The notes: a model not told the origin generated them from the sequence alone. A DNA stretch of 57,985 nt from Nanobdellota archaeon (GCA_038044925.1 JBBSZC010000006.1:1-57985), one strand, 5' to 3'. Shown: positions 36,246 to 45,773, numbered from the stretch's first letter. Numbers and translations are program-made.

Positions 36246-36917
36246 TCATTTTGTTTCTTCCACTAATTTCTTTAAAACATCAAAAGCTCTTGAAATATCT
36301 TCTGTTTTAAGGATTATTGTTAATTCCCTGGTAGTTGAAACAATTTCCTCAATATTAATATTTTCCCAAGTCAAAGCACGAGTTACAAGATAAAAAAATC
36401 CCTGGGTTTTTGCAAAAGAAATCGGAATTGTCAAAGTCAGCGCAGAAAGATTTTGTTCAATAGCAATAATTTCTTTTTTGTCAAAACTTTTTTTAACCCA
36501 CTGATTATTTTTTTTATTTGTAATAATTGTTACTTCATATATGCCCTGGCTTTTTGTCAAAAAATCTCCTTTAGAATAATCAACTTCATTAAAAAGGTTT
36601 TTTATTTTATTAAGAGTTTTATCGCTTTTGACAACAGTAACTTCTATTAAACCATCTCTCACTAAAAGATTTGACTCTTCATTAAATTTCAGTTCATTAA
36701 TATTTATTTTTTCAATTTTTTCGGAAAGTCTTCTCAAAGCCATCATAACTGCAGACGTTTTAATTTGTTTTTTATCAAAATTGCTTAATTCTTTTTCTAT
36801 TTCGGGAGTTAGTTCTTCAGCCAAAGCATAATAATTAACTATTCCTTTTCTCAATGCCTCTTGCAAAAAAGGCCTTTTTAAAATTATTTTTTCAACAACC
36901 CGGGATATACTTGTCAT
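36246..36917 (-). CDS. Hypothetical protein, possibly ACT-like regulatory domain
   Basis: The C-terminal GFFYLVTRALTWENINIEEIVSTTRELTIIL resembles ACT-type folds; weak call. Confidence 0.35.
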   Translation of the reverse strand: MTSISRVVEKIILKRPFLQEALRKGIVNYYALAEELTPEIEKELSNFDKKQIKTSAVMMALRRLSEKIEKININELKFNEESNLLVRDGLIEVTVVKSDKTLNKIKNLFNEVDYSKGDFLTKSQGIYEVTIITNKKNNQWVKKSFDKKEIIAIEQNLSALTLTIPISFAKTQGFFYLVTRALTWENINIEEIVSTTRELTIILKTEDISRAFDVLKKLVEETK

Positions 36918-37000
36918 AAAAATATACAGAATAACAAGTTTTAAACTTTTTGTTATTATAATAACATTAAGTTTTAATAGATTTATGATTAATTAAATCA

Positions 37001-37336
37001 ATGTTTGTTGGTAGTTTAAGAGAAATAAAAATAGAAAGAGATTTAGAACATTATGTTAGGTTTTTTTATTCTGGAAATTGCAAATCCAGTGAAGTGGAAA
37101 AAGTTGAAAATAGAGATATATTAGAAACAATGGAAAACGCTCCTGAAAACTGCGTTAGTTTTTGTTTTTTTGACAGACTAATAGTGAAAAATAAAAAAAG
37201 AATAGGATTTGTAGAACACAGAACAACCCTTAAAGGCGAAGAGAAAAATTACTCTGGAATGTTTTACTTAAAACCCCCAAAACATCTAGAAAACCTTTTT
37301 CCTAATGATGTTATATTAAAAAATTATAATTTTTAA
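37001..37336 (+). CDS. Hypothetical protein
   Basis: ORF only. Confidence 0.4.
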   Translation: MFVGSLREIKIERDLEHYVRFFYSGNCKSSEVEKVENRDILETMENAPENCVSFCFFDRLIVKNKKRIGFVEHRTTLKGEEKNYSGMFYLKPPKHLENLFPNDVILKNYNF

Positions 37337-37338
37337 GA

Positions 37339-37578
37339 ATGATAGAAGAAAAATTAAAATATATTGGTGTGGTGGTTTGTAGTGATGAATCTATATTAAG
37401 AAAAATTAGGGGTGCAGAAGTAAGAATTGCAAGAAGAATTAGAAATGAAGAAATAACACAAAGTGATTATAAAATTGAAGGTGAACGGCTTTATTGCCCT
37501 AGGAAAATTAGTGAAGGAAGTTTAAGAGACTTTAAACATAAAAAGAATAAAATTCCTAAATGGTATACTTTAGAATAA
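37339..37578 (+). CDS. Hypothetical protein
   Basis: ORF only; 2-nt gap to the previous ORF. Confidence 0.4.
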   Translation: MIEEKLKYIGVVVCSDESILRKIRGAEVRIARRIRNEEITQSDYKIEGERLYCPRKISEGSLRDFKHKKNKIPKWYTLE

Positions 37579-37589
37579 AAAATCCATAT

Positions 37590-37724
37590 GTCAAGAACCA
37601 TCAGTCACAGACTGATGGCATGTTATTTCTGATATATTAATTAATGGTTCTTGAGCACTGCCAGAATTCCACGAGTGGTTATTCAACCACTCGTCAATAG
37701 ACGAGTGGAATTCTGGAGTTTAAA
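37590..37724 (+). repeat. Structured intergenic repeat, type A, copy 3 (archetype)
   Basis: gtcaagaacc-atcagtc/gactgat hairpin-ggcatg..-ggttcttgagcac-tgc-cagaattccacgagtggtt..aaccactcgt..gagtggaattctg-gagtttaaac. Confidence 0.85.
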
Positions 37725-37798
37725 CAGATAAGAATTCTTTTAGACAAATTTTAAAGATAAAAATATATAAATTAAAATATTTTTCCTTAAAAATAATA

Positions 37799-38197
37799 AT
37801 GGAAATAGATATGAGGCCGTATTTTAAATTGAATGTTTCAGAGAACTTTGAAAATGAAAAATTGATAGTTGTAGATAAATTTCATCCAAGATGGAAAGAA
37901 GCTGCGAAAATATTAATTAATGATAGGAGTATAGAAACACTTATGAAATGGCATGTTGAATGGATAGGTAGTTGGAGCGATATCCCGATTCATTTAGACT
38001 TTGATAAAGAATATGGGCTGACACGTATCAAGTTATATGATAATGCAATACCAATAAAGAAACTTGAACTTATAGTGATAAAAGAAGAATATAGTTCATA
38101 TAGCATTAAGACTCTTGAAGAATTAAAGGTTTTAAGCTCTGCAATAGAACAATACCTAGCTTGGATAAGAAATACTCTTCTCGGAATGAATGCGTGA
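37799..38197 (+). CDS. Hypothetical protein
   Basis: ORF only. Confidence 0.4.
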   Translation: MEIDMRPYFKLNVSENFENEKLIVVDKFHPRWKEAAKILINDRSIETLMKWHVEWIGSWSDIPIHLDFDKEYGLTRIKLYDNAIPIKKLELIVIKEEYSSYSIKTLEELKVLSSAIEQYLAWIRNTLLGMNA

Positions 38198-38270
38198 AGA
38201 GAGAGTCCTTTATATTAATAGGTCATCAAAAAATATGAAGAATAGAATTTATATATTGAATTAATTCTTT

Positions 38271-39104
38271 ATGTTTATGAAATCTGTAAACATTGAACAA
38301 ATAATTAAGAAAACCATTAAACAAATAAAAATTCCAAAAAATAAAAAAATACTTATAGCTTTATCAGGCGGAAAAGATTCTGCTTTAGTTGCGTATTTTC
38401 TGAAGAAATTTGAATATAAAATAGAGGGATTTCATATTAATTTAGGAATGGGAAAATATAGCCAAGATTGTTTGAAGAGTGTGCAGGAATTAGGCGAATT
38501 GCTAGGAATTAAAATTTATTATTATAATATCAAAGATGAAATGGGAAGCTCTATGTGTTATATCAGGAGCGCAGTTCAGGAAAAACACTCGACAAGGGGG
38601 TTGAAGAACTGCGCTATCTGCGGGGTTATTAAAAAATGGATTTTGAATAAAGAGGCAAAAAAAATCAAGGACGTTTCTCTTATTGCAACAGGGCATAATT
38701 TAGATGATGAATGCCAGACATTTTTGATGAATATTTTTAAGGGCTCTCCTGAATTAAGCGCAAATACAGGAGTTATAACAAGAAATATTGAAAATGAGAA
38801 ATTTATCCCAAGAATAAAACCTTTGTTTTATGTTCCTGAAGACAAAATAAGAGAATATACTAAAGAAAAAAAACTCCCTGTTGTTTATGAAAAATGTCCG
38901 TGTGCAATAGATTCTTATAGAATACAAGTCAGAAAATTCATGAATACCCTGAAAACAGGGAAAAAATTAAATCTTATTAAAAATTTTGAAAAACTCTACC
39001 CTTTAATTGAGAGGAAAAAAGATTCTAGAATGAAATTCTGCAAAATATGCAACGAGCCTTCAAGAAAAAATATCTGCAAGAAATGCGAGTTGGTGGAGGT
39101 TTAA
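38271..39104 (+). CDS. tRNA 2-thiolation PP-loop ATPase (TtcA/TtuA/Ncs6 family)
   Basis: ALSGGKDSA PP-loop, GHNLDD, and CxxC pairs (CAICG, CPCA, CKIC..CKKC). Confidence 0.8.
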   Translation: MFMKSVNIEQIIKKTIKQIKIPKNKKILIALSGGKDSALVAYFLKKFEYKIEGFHINLGMGKYSQDCLKSVQELGELLGIKIYYYNIKDEMGSSMCYIRSAVQEKHSTRGLKNCAICGVIKKWILNKEAKKIKDVSLIATGHNLDDECQTFLMNIFKGSPELSANTGVITRNIENEKFIPRIKPLFYVPEDKIREYTKEKKLPVVYEKCPCAIDSYRIQVRKFMNTLKTGKKLNLIKNFEKLYPLIERKKDSRMKFCKICNEPSRKNICKKCELVEV

Positions 39105-39194
39105 AAGAATTTCTATGGTAAATTAAATAAATCCAGCGATATTTAGCTTGAACAAATATTAAAAATATAATCTAATAAAATATAACTTACTCTT

Positions 39195-39304
39195 GTCAAG
39201 AACCATACACTAAAGTGTATGGCGTGTCTGGTTCTTGAGCACCCCAAAATTTGATTTGCTTACTCACGAGTTAAAACAGGGAGTTTGCGCAAATACAAAT
39301 TTTG
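39195..39304 (+). repeat. Structured intergenic repeat, type B, compact copy
   Basis: gtcaagaacc-atacac/gtgtat hairpin-ggcgtgtct-ggttcttgagcac-ccc-aaaatttgatttgc..gcaaatacaaatttt. Confidence 0.8.
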
Positions 39305-39428
39305 CTGTATCAATTAAATTCTATTTTTCACTTTTAACTAAATAAACACTTTAAAGTGAAAAAAATATATTGTATGTATATTTCAGCACAATAAGATTTA
39401 AATAGGATTTAGTTTTAAAAAATTCTGA

Positions 39429-39475
39429 ATACTATTCATAGTATAAAATTAAAATAAAAATACAATATATTGTAT
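39429..39475 (+). promoter_or_regulatory. Tandem NrdR-box-like palindromes upstream of nrdR-nrdJ
   Basis: atactattcatagtat (39429-39444) and the perfect 16-bp palindrome atacaatatattgtat (39460-39475). Their centres are 31 bp apart, the classic tandem NrdR-box arrangement. Confidence 0.55.
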
Positions 39476-39498
39476 AAAATATAGGGTGATTAAATAAA

Positions 39499-39948
39499 AT
39501 GAGGTGTTTATTTTGCGGGCATGCTGAAACAAAAGTTACTGACAAAAGAGATATTAAAGGTAAAGTAAGGCGAAGGAGAGAGTGTTTAAATCCAAGATGC
39601 AAGAAAAGATTTACAACATACGAACAAGTTGAGGGTATTGATTTATATGTCATAAAAAAAGATGGAAGAAGGGAAAAATTTGAGAGAAGAAAACTTGAAG
39701 ATGGAATTGAAAAAGCTCTTGAAAAAAGGCCTATTTCAAAAGAAGATGTGGAAAAAATGATTAATGAAATTGAAGAGAGTTTGAAAAAAAATACAAAGGG
39801 AAAAGAAGTGAATAGCTCTGTTATTGGAGAATTAGTTATGAAAAAATTAAAAAAATTAGATGGGGTTGCTTATGTGAGGTTTGCTTCTGTTTACAGAGAT
39901 TTTAAAGATGTAAATGATTTTAAACGGGAAATAAAAAATTTAGGATAA
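39499..39948 (+). CDS. nrdR: Transcriptional repressor NrdR (zinc ribbon plus ATP-cone)
   Basis: MRCLFCGHAETKVTDKR...RRRECLNPRCKKRFTTYE, then the ATP-cone (VIKKDGRREKFERRKL). Confidence 0.9.
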   Translation: MRCLFCGHAETKVTDKRDIKGKVRRRRECLNPRCKKRFTTYEQVEGIDLYVIKKDGRREKFERRKLEDGIEKALEKRPISKEDVEKMINEIEESLKKNTKGKEVNSSVIGELVMKKLKKLDGVAYVRFASVYRDFKDVNDFKREIKNLG

Positions 39949-39956
39949 AATAAAAA

Positions 39957-42737
39957 ATGGCATTAAATATTGACAGATATTTTACTGAAGAAGGAAAAAA
40001 TGTCTATGATATGTTTGGCTGGAAAAAAACAGATGTAGATATAATTGATGATAATAATGTTGTTTTATTTAAACAAAAAAACGTGGAACATCCGTCAAAA
40101 TGGTCTCCTCTGGCTGTAAAAATGTCTGCATCAAAATATTTTTATGGAAACCAAGAAACTCCAAAAAGAGAGGGTTCTGTTAAACAATTAGTTGGAAGAG
40201 TAAGTGAAACTTTTGGAAAATGGGCAAAAAAACAAAATTATTTTGAAAATCCCCTGGGGGCTGAAATATTCAAGGATGAAATTGCTTATTTAGCTTTAGA
40301 CCAAAGGATGGCTTTTAATTCTCCTGTATGGTTTAATGTTGGAGCACGAAGAGAAGAAAGTTTAGATGGACAGCAAAAAGAAGCATATATAATAAATGAT
40401 TCTGGAAAAGCAGAATTAATTCCAATAGGAAGAGAAAATGAATATCCACAAACTTCTGCATGTTTTATTCTAAAAGTAGGAGATTCAATGGAATCTATAA
40501 TGGATTTAGCAAAAAAAGAGGCGTTATTATTTAAATATGGCTCTGGAACAGGATCAAATATTTCAACTTTGCGTTCGTCTAGAGAAAGACTTTCTGGCGG
40601 AGGAGTTCCTTCAGGACCTTTGGCGTATTGGGCTTTTTGGGATAAAGTTGCAGGAATTGTCAAGTCAGGAGGCAAGACAAGAAGAGCTGCAAAAATGGAT
40701 ATTCTTAATGTATTTCATCCGGATATAATGGAATTTATAACTTCAAAAAGAAAAGAAGAAGAAAAATTACATATACTGACTAATTATGGTATACCTTTTA
40801 AAGATGCGCAAGAAAGTGTAAATTATCAAAATACAAATATTTCTACAAGAGCCAATGATGAATTTATGTATGGTGTTGAAGGGGATTTAGAATTGAGAAC
40901 AATACCTGTTCATAATAAAGAGATGGCTGATAAAATGCCTGTATATAAGGCAAGAGAATTACTTAAAAAAATTGCAGAAAATGCTCATGCTTGTGGAGAT
41001 CCTGGAATGCAATATGATACCACAATAAATAAATGGCATACTTGCCCTAATTCAGGAAGAATAAATGCCTCTAATCCGTGTTCAGAATATATGTTTATTG
41101 ATGATAGTTCTTGCAATTTGGCTTCATTAAATTTAATAAAATTTATTGGTGGAAATAATGAATTTAAGATTGATGATTTTGAACATGCTATAGAGATAAC
41201 TGCAAGAGCACAAGATTTAGAATTTAATAATTCTAGTTTTCCTACTAAAGAAATAGCAGAAAATTCCTATAGATTTAGGCCTTTAGGAATGGGTTATGCA
41301 AATTTAGGGGCTATGCTAATGTTCTTAGGAATGCCTTATGATTCTGATGAAGGGAGAGCAACTGCAGCTGCAGTTACTGCTTTGCTAACAAGCAGGGTTT
41401 ATGAAACTTCTGCTGAAATGGCTGGTAAATTAGGAGTTTTTGAAGAGTTTGAGAAAAATAAAGAACCAATGCTAAATGTTATGAAAATGCATAGAGATGC
41501 TCTTAATAACATTGATTGGAAAAAATTGCCTAGGGGTTTTTCAGGATTAGAAGAAAGAGTAAGAAAAAAGTGGGATAGAGTAATTGAACTCGGAGAAATG
41601 AATGGTTTTAGAAATTCTCAGGCAAGTGTACTTGCTCCTACAGGAACAATTGGATTTATGATGGACGCTGACACAAAAGGAGCAGAACCAGAAATTGGAT
41701 TAGTTCAAATAAAAACTATGTCAGATGGAGGAAAATTAACTTTAGTTAACAGCACTGTAGAGCCTGCATTGAAAAGATTAGGCTACTCTAATGAAGATGT
41801 AGAGTCTATGAAAAAATATATCTTAGAGCATCAAACAATTGAAGGAGCTCCTGGATTAAAAGAAGAACATCTTCCAATATTTGATTGTGCTTTAAAACCA
41901 AGCGGAAAGGGCAAGAGAACAATTTCTTATCAAGGGCATTTGAAAATGATGGCTGCTATCCAGCCTTTTTTATCTGGAGCAATTTCAAAAACAGTAAATC
42001 TTTCAAAAGAAACAACTGTTGAGGAGATATATAATATTTATTTAGATGCTTGGAAAATGGGGTTAAAATCTGTTGCTCTTTACAGAGATGGAAGCAAAGA
42101 AAATCAGCCATTGAGTTTTGTAAAAAAAGAAAAAAATTTAGAGGGGAAATTTGAGGAAAGGCCGTTAAGAAAAAAACTTCCTACAACTAGAGATGGAAAA
42201 ATCCATAAATTCGATATTTCTGGGCACGAGGGCTATATGATTATTGGCAAGTATCTAGATGGAACTCCTGGAGAACTTTTTGTTACTATGAGTAAAGAGG
42301 GCAGTACTGTTGGCGGGTTAATGGATACTATTGGAACTCTTACATCTTTATGTTTGCAATATGGAGTTCCTTTAGAAGCTCTTGTTAATAAGTTTAAGGA
42401 GCAGAAATTTGAACCAAGCGGAATAGTTTATGAGGGACATCCTGAAATAAAAACAGCAACATCAATTATAGATTATATATTCAGGTTCTTAGGAAAAGCT
42501 TTTGTTCCAAATAATAAAAAAAATAATCCTGAAAAAATAGAAACATTAAATGCAGAAGCAAAATATGAAAATAGGGAAAAAAAGGATGAAGAAGATAAAA
42601 TAAGTTTTTCTGAAGAGGAAATGACTGAATCATTTTGTGCTATTTGCAGTTCAAGGATGGTAAAAAGAGGGTATTGCATGTTTGTCTGCTCGAATAAGGA
42701 TTGTGGTTGGGAAAATCCAAAAGGCTGTGGTGGTTGA
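39957..42737 (+). CDS. nrdJ: Class II (adenosylcobalamin-dependent) ribonucleotide reductase
   Basis: ASNPCSEYMFIDDSSCNLASLNL, APTGTIGF and VALYRDGSK. The C-terminal CxxC..C..C zinc ribbon tail is unusual. Confidence 0.9.
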   Translation: MALNIDRYFTEEGKNVYDMFGWKKTDVDIIDDNNVVLFKQKNVEHPSKWSPLAVKMSASKYFYGNQETPKREGSVKQLVGRVSETFGKWAKKQNYFENPLGAEIFKDEIAYLALDQRMAFNSPVWFNVGARREESLDGQQKEAYIINDSGKAELIPIGRENEYPQTSACFILKVGDSMESIMDLAKKEALLFKYGSGTGSNISTLRSSRERLSGGGVPSGPLAYWAFWDKVAGIVKSGGKTRRAAKMDILNVFHPDIMEFITSKRKEEEKLHILTNYGIPFKDAQESVNYQNTNISTRANDEFMYGVEGDLELRTIPVHNKEMADKMPVYKARELLKKIAENAHACGDPGMQYDTTINKWHTCPNSGRINASNPCSEYMFIDDSSCNLASLNLIKFIGGNNEFKIDDFEHAIEITARAQDLEFNNSSFPTKEIAENSYRFRPLGMGYANLGAMLMFLGMPYDSDEGRATAAAVTALLTSRVYETSAEMAGKLGVFEEFEKNKEPMLNVMKMHRDALNNIDWKKLPRGFSGLEERVRKKWDRVIELGEMNGFRNSQASVLAPTGTIGFMMDADTKGAEPEIGLVQIKTMSDGGKLTLVNSTVEPALKRLGYSNEDVESMKKYILEHQTIEGAPGLKEEHLPIFDCALKPSGKGKRTISYQGHLKMMAAIQPFLSGAISKTVNLSKETTVEEIYNIYLDAWKMGLKSVALYRDGSKENQPLSFVKKEKNLEGKFEERPLRKKLPTTRDGKIHKFDISGHEGYMIIGKYLDGTPGELFVTMSKEGSTVGGLMDTIGTLTSLCLQYGVPLEALVNKFKEQKFEPSGIVYEGHPEIKTATSIIDYIFRFLGKAFVPNNKKNNPEKIETLNAEAKYENREKKDEEDKISFSEEEMTESFCAICSSRMVKRGYCMFVCSNKDCGWENPKGCGG

Positions 42738-42746
42738 AAATAAAAA

Positions 42747-43175
42747 ATGATTTCTATAAAAATTAAAAAACTAAATCCAGATGCAATTATTCCTTGTTAT
42801 GCTCATAAAGGAGATGCTGGCATGGATATTTTTTCATGTGAGAATTGTATATTGAAGGCAGGTGAAAGAAAAGGAATTTTAACAGGAATTTCTATGGAAT
42901 TGCCTTTAGGCTATGTTGCTCTTGTATGGGATAAGTCAGGATTAGCATTAAATAAAGGAATTAAAACAATGGCAGGAGTTTGTGATGCGGGTTATAGGGG
43001 GGAATACAAGATCGTTTTATTTAATACATCTAGAGAAGAAAATATTAATATAAATAAAGGAGATAAAATTGCGCAAATTCTAATTCAGAAAGTAGAACAA
43101 TGTGAAATTAAAGAGGTTTCTGAATTGGAAAATAGTTCTCGTGGAGAAAATGGATTTGGAAGCACTGGGAAATAA
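42747..43175 (+). CDS. dut: dUTP diphosphatase (trimeric dUTPase)
   Basis: GDAGMDI, GVCDAGYRGE and SSRGENGFGSTG motifs. Confidence 0.9.
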   Translation: MISIKIKKLNPDAIIPCYAHKGDAGMDIFSCENCILKAGERKGILTGISMELPLGYVALVWDKSGLALNKGIKTMAGVCDAGYRGEYKIVLFNTSREENININKGDKIAQILIQKVEQCEIKEVSELENSSRGENGFGSTGK

Positions 43176-43263
43176 TAAAAAGATTATATCTATTGAAAGA
43201 TAGGAATATATTTAAAGAAAAAAGAGAAAAATAAAATATGATGATGAAAAATAGTGGTGAAAC

Positions 43264-44946
43264 ATGACTAGAAAATTTAAAGACCAAGATTTTTTGACTG
43301 ACAATGATTTAAGTGTAAGTGTTCTTGGATTTTGGCCTGGAAGAAAAATAAAAAATCTAGAATTGCTTAATAGTTTTCAGGAAAAATATAGCAGAGATTT
43401 TTTGGGTGGAGATGAATTTGTTGCATATGCTCAATCTTTAGTTTCTAATGGAATGGATTTTGATGCACTTGAAGAAGAAATGTTAAAAGATATAAGAGAT
43501 CCAGAAAAAGGAGATATTGGAGAGATTATATTTAAAAAAACTGCATCTGGAATTGGAAGAGGGCATTCTTTAGGAGGGTTATCTGGAGTTGCATTTGGAA
43601 TTCATGGAACAAAAATGATTGATTCTGGATTGACTGGATTATGTATGTCAAGGTCTTTAGTAACTAGCAGTAGAAGAAGAGAGACAACAACAGAAGAAAT
43701 TGCAATTCCTGAAGTTTTATTTGATAGAGAAGATTTGCTTAAAGAATATCTTGAAATCTCTAGAGATGTTTTAAGAATGTCATCTGATTTTAAAGATAAA
43801 TTTGGAAAACTCGGAGGAGTTGAAACTTTTAATAAAGTAATTCCGTATAATAATCCTGCAGATTTGTTTATTGTTCTTCCTTTAGATACACTTTCAACTA
43901 TTGTTTCTGAAACAAGAGCAGATAATTTAAATCCAAACGGAAGGTTTATTCCCCGAGAGGTTCATACATTAGCAGAAAAATTAGCTGAAATTGAAGAAAG
44001 TGTTGGACAAGGAACTATGTTTAGACAAAGAATAGAGGTTCCAAGAGACACTTATTTGCATTATTGTGTTTTTAAGGATCCATCTTCTCCAAATTATTCT
44101 TTAGAAAAAGGAATAAAAAATAAAATGAGCATTGATCCTATTGTTATTGAGTGTTTTAAGGATTTTACCTCTGGATTTTATGAGAATTTGAAAATTGTTA
44201 TTGGGGCTTTTAAAAGAGCAGGGAAAACTAATGATCCTGAAGAGTTACATAAAAGGGCTTTGGAAAGCATGTATGCCTTGAGAAATTTTTCTAATGAATA
44301 TAATGAAGCAGTAAGGATTAAAATTGCTGATACCTTATCATGGAGAGTTTGGTCTGAACAAAAAAGACACTCTACTTTAAGACAGAATGTAGAGTCAGTT
44401 TATTCTGCTGTATATAGGGCAGAAGCAAGAACTAGGGGGTTTTGGGAATTAATAGAAAAAGCGTATAAGGAGAATAATTTTGAAATTATTGAAGGAAAAT
44501 TAGATGAACTTGAAAAATATATTGTTATTGATGAAAGAATGAAAAAATCTCCTGAATTGATTATTCCTTATATTTATCATACTGCAAGGCAATTAAAATT
44601 TTATGATAAACTCTTAGAAGAAGGAATTGAAGAAAGAGATGCTTTGTATATTGCTCCTAAAAATATAAGAGTTAGGACTTTAGAGAATTATGATTTAGCG
44701 AATTTAGTTGATTTAGAATTGCCTTTGAGACTATGTGATACATGTGAGCCAGAGAGAAAAGCAAGTTCGTGGAAAAAAAGAGAGAAAATTTTAGAAATTG
44801 TTCCGGAATTAGAAAGGCTTATTCAGCCAAAATGCAATATTGGATATTGCACAGAAGGAAAATATTGTGGAAATGTTTTGAGATTTAGAGACGACTATAA
44901 TCAAGAATTACATAAAGAAGTTAAAACAGCTATGTTGGGAAGATAA
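43264..44946 (+). CDS. Large hypothetical protein, possibly a divergent ThyX-like flavin-dependent thymidylate synthase
   Basis: EQKRHSTLRQNVESVY loosely resembles the ThyX RHRxxSxxxxSxRY signature. Its position between dut and thioredoxin supports the call, but the motif is non-canonical. Confidence 0.3.
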   Translation: MTRKFKDQDFLTDNDLSVSVLGFWPGRKIKNLELLNSFQEKYSRDFLGGDEFVAYAQSLVSNGMDFDALEEEMLKDIRDPEKGDIGEIIFKKTASGIGRGHSLGGLSGVAFGIHGTKMIDSGLTGLCMSRSLVTSSRRRETTTEEIAIPEVLFDREDLLKEYLEISRDVLRMSSDFKDKFGKLGGVETFNKVIPYNNPADLFIVLPLDTLSTIVSETRADNLNPNGRFIPREVHTLAEKLAEIEESVGQGTMFRQRIEVPRDTYLHYCVFKDPSSPNYSLEKGIKNKMSIDPIVIECFKDFTSGFYENLKIVIGAFKRAGKTNDPEELHKRALESMYALRNFSNEYNEAVRIKIADTLSWRVWSEQKRHSTLRQNVESVYSAVYRAEARTRGFWELIEKAYKENNFEIIEGKLDELEKYIVIDERMKKSPELIIPYIYHTARQLKFYDKLLEEGIEERDALYIAPKNIRVRTLENYDLANLVDLELPLRLCDTCEPERKASSWKKREKILEIVPELERLIQPKCNIGYCTEGKYCGNVLRFRDDYNQELHKEVKTAMLGR

Positions 44947-45008
44947 GAAAACTTTTATAAACACGTCTTTTTCTAATAAGTATATATGAGAGGAATTATC
45001 AGATTAAA

Positions 45009-45332
45009 ATGCCAGAGCAAAATATTAAAGAGCTTACAAATGGAGAATTTGAGAAATATATTGAAAAAGGAATTGTAGTCATTGATTTCTTTGCAGAGTG
45101 GTGTATGCCTTGTCTGATGATGGAGCCAATTATTGAGGATTTGGCAGAAACATTCACTGGAAAAGTAAAATTCGGAAAAGTGAATGTTGGAGATAATCAA
45201 ACTCTTGCACAAAAGTTCAAAATAATTTCTATACCTAATTTTATTATTTTTAAAAATGGAAAACAAGCAGGCCAGTTTATTGGCTCTATGTCTGCTGAAG
45301 ATTTTGGGGAAAAATTGAAGGGGTATTTGTAG
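45009..45332 (+). CDS. trxA: Thioredoxin
   Basis: FFAEWCMPC (WCxPC) in 107 aa. Confidence 0.9.
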   Translation: MPEQNIKELTNGEFEKYIEKGIVVIDFFAEWCMPCLMMEPIIEDLAETFTGKVKFGKVNVGDNQTLAQKFKIISIPNFIIFKNGKQAGQFIGSMSAEDFGEKLKGYL

Positions 45333-45503
45333 AGAAGCTTTTTGATTAATTAGGGGGTTTACATTGGCAGTCGATTGGAGAGCAATTAGAAATGAAGTAT
45401 ATTTGAAGGCAATTGCCTATAATTTAAGACTTAGTTCAATTGAGATCTTCAACAGAGCCATTTAATAGCAAATATTTAAATAGGAACATCTCTAAAATAA
45501 ATA

Positions 45504-45773
45504 ATGGTAAAAGCTTATTTAATAGCAAATTATGTTTCAGATGGGCAATTTTCCGGTGAATTCGCAATTGGAGTAACGAATTATCGGGGCGAAAGAACAA
45601 GTGGGTTTTTTCCAGCATCTTCTGTAAAAGATGGGAAATTGGAAGTTAAAGTTTTAATGAAGCAAGGAGATAAAGTTAGTGTTAAAGTCCCAGGAAGATT
45701 TATTGAAGGTAGAGAAGAAGCAGGTACAGGAGATAATATTATTGTTAAAACAAACTCTCTTTCTTTTGAATAA
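45504..45773 (+). CDS. Hypothetical protein
   Basis: ORF only. Confidence 0.4.
   Translation: MVKAYLIANYVSDGQFSGEFAIGVTNYRGERTSGFFPASSVKDGKLEVKVLMKQGDKVSVKVPGRFIEGREEAGTGDNIIVKTNSLSFE

Noticed and set aside
40286-40728. ORFs 40286-40675 (-) and 40537-40728 (+)
   Set aside because: They overlap nrdJ in antisense or alternative frames, and nrdJ is unambiguous.
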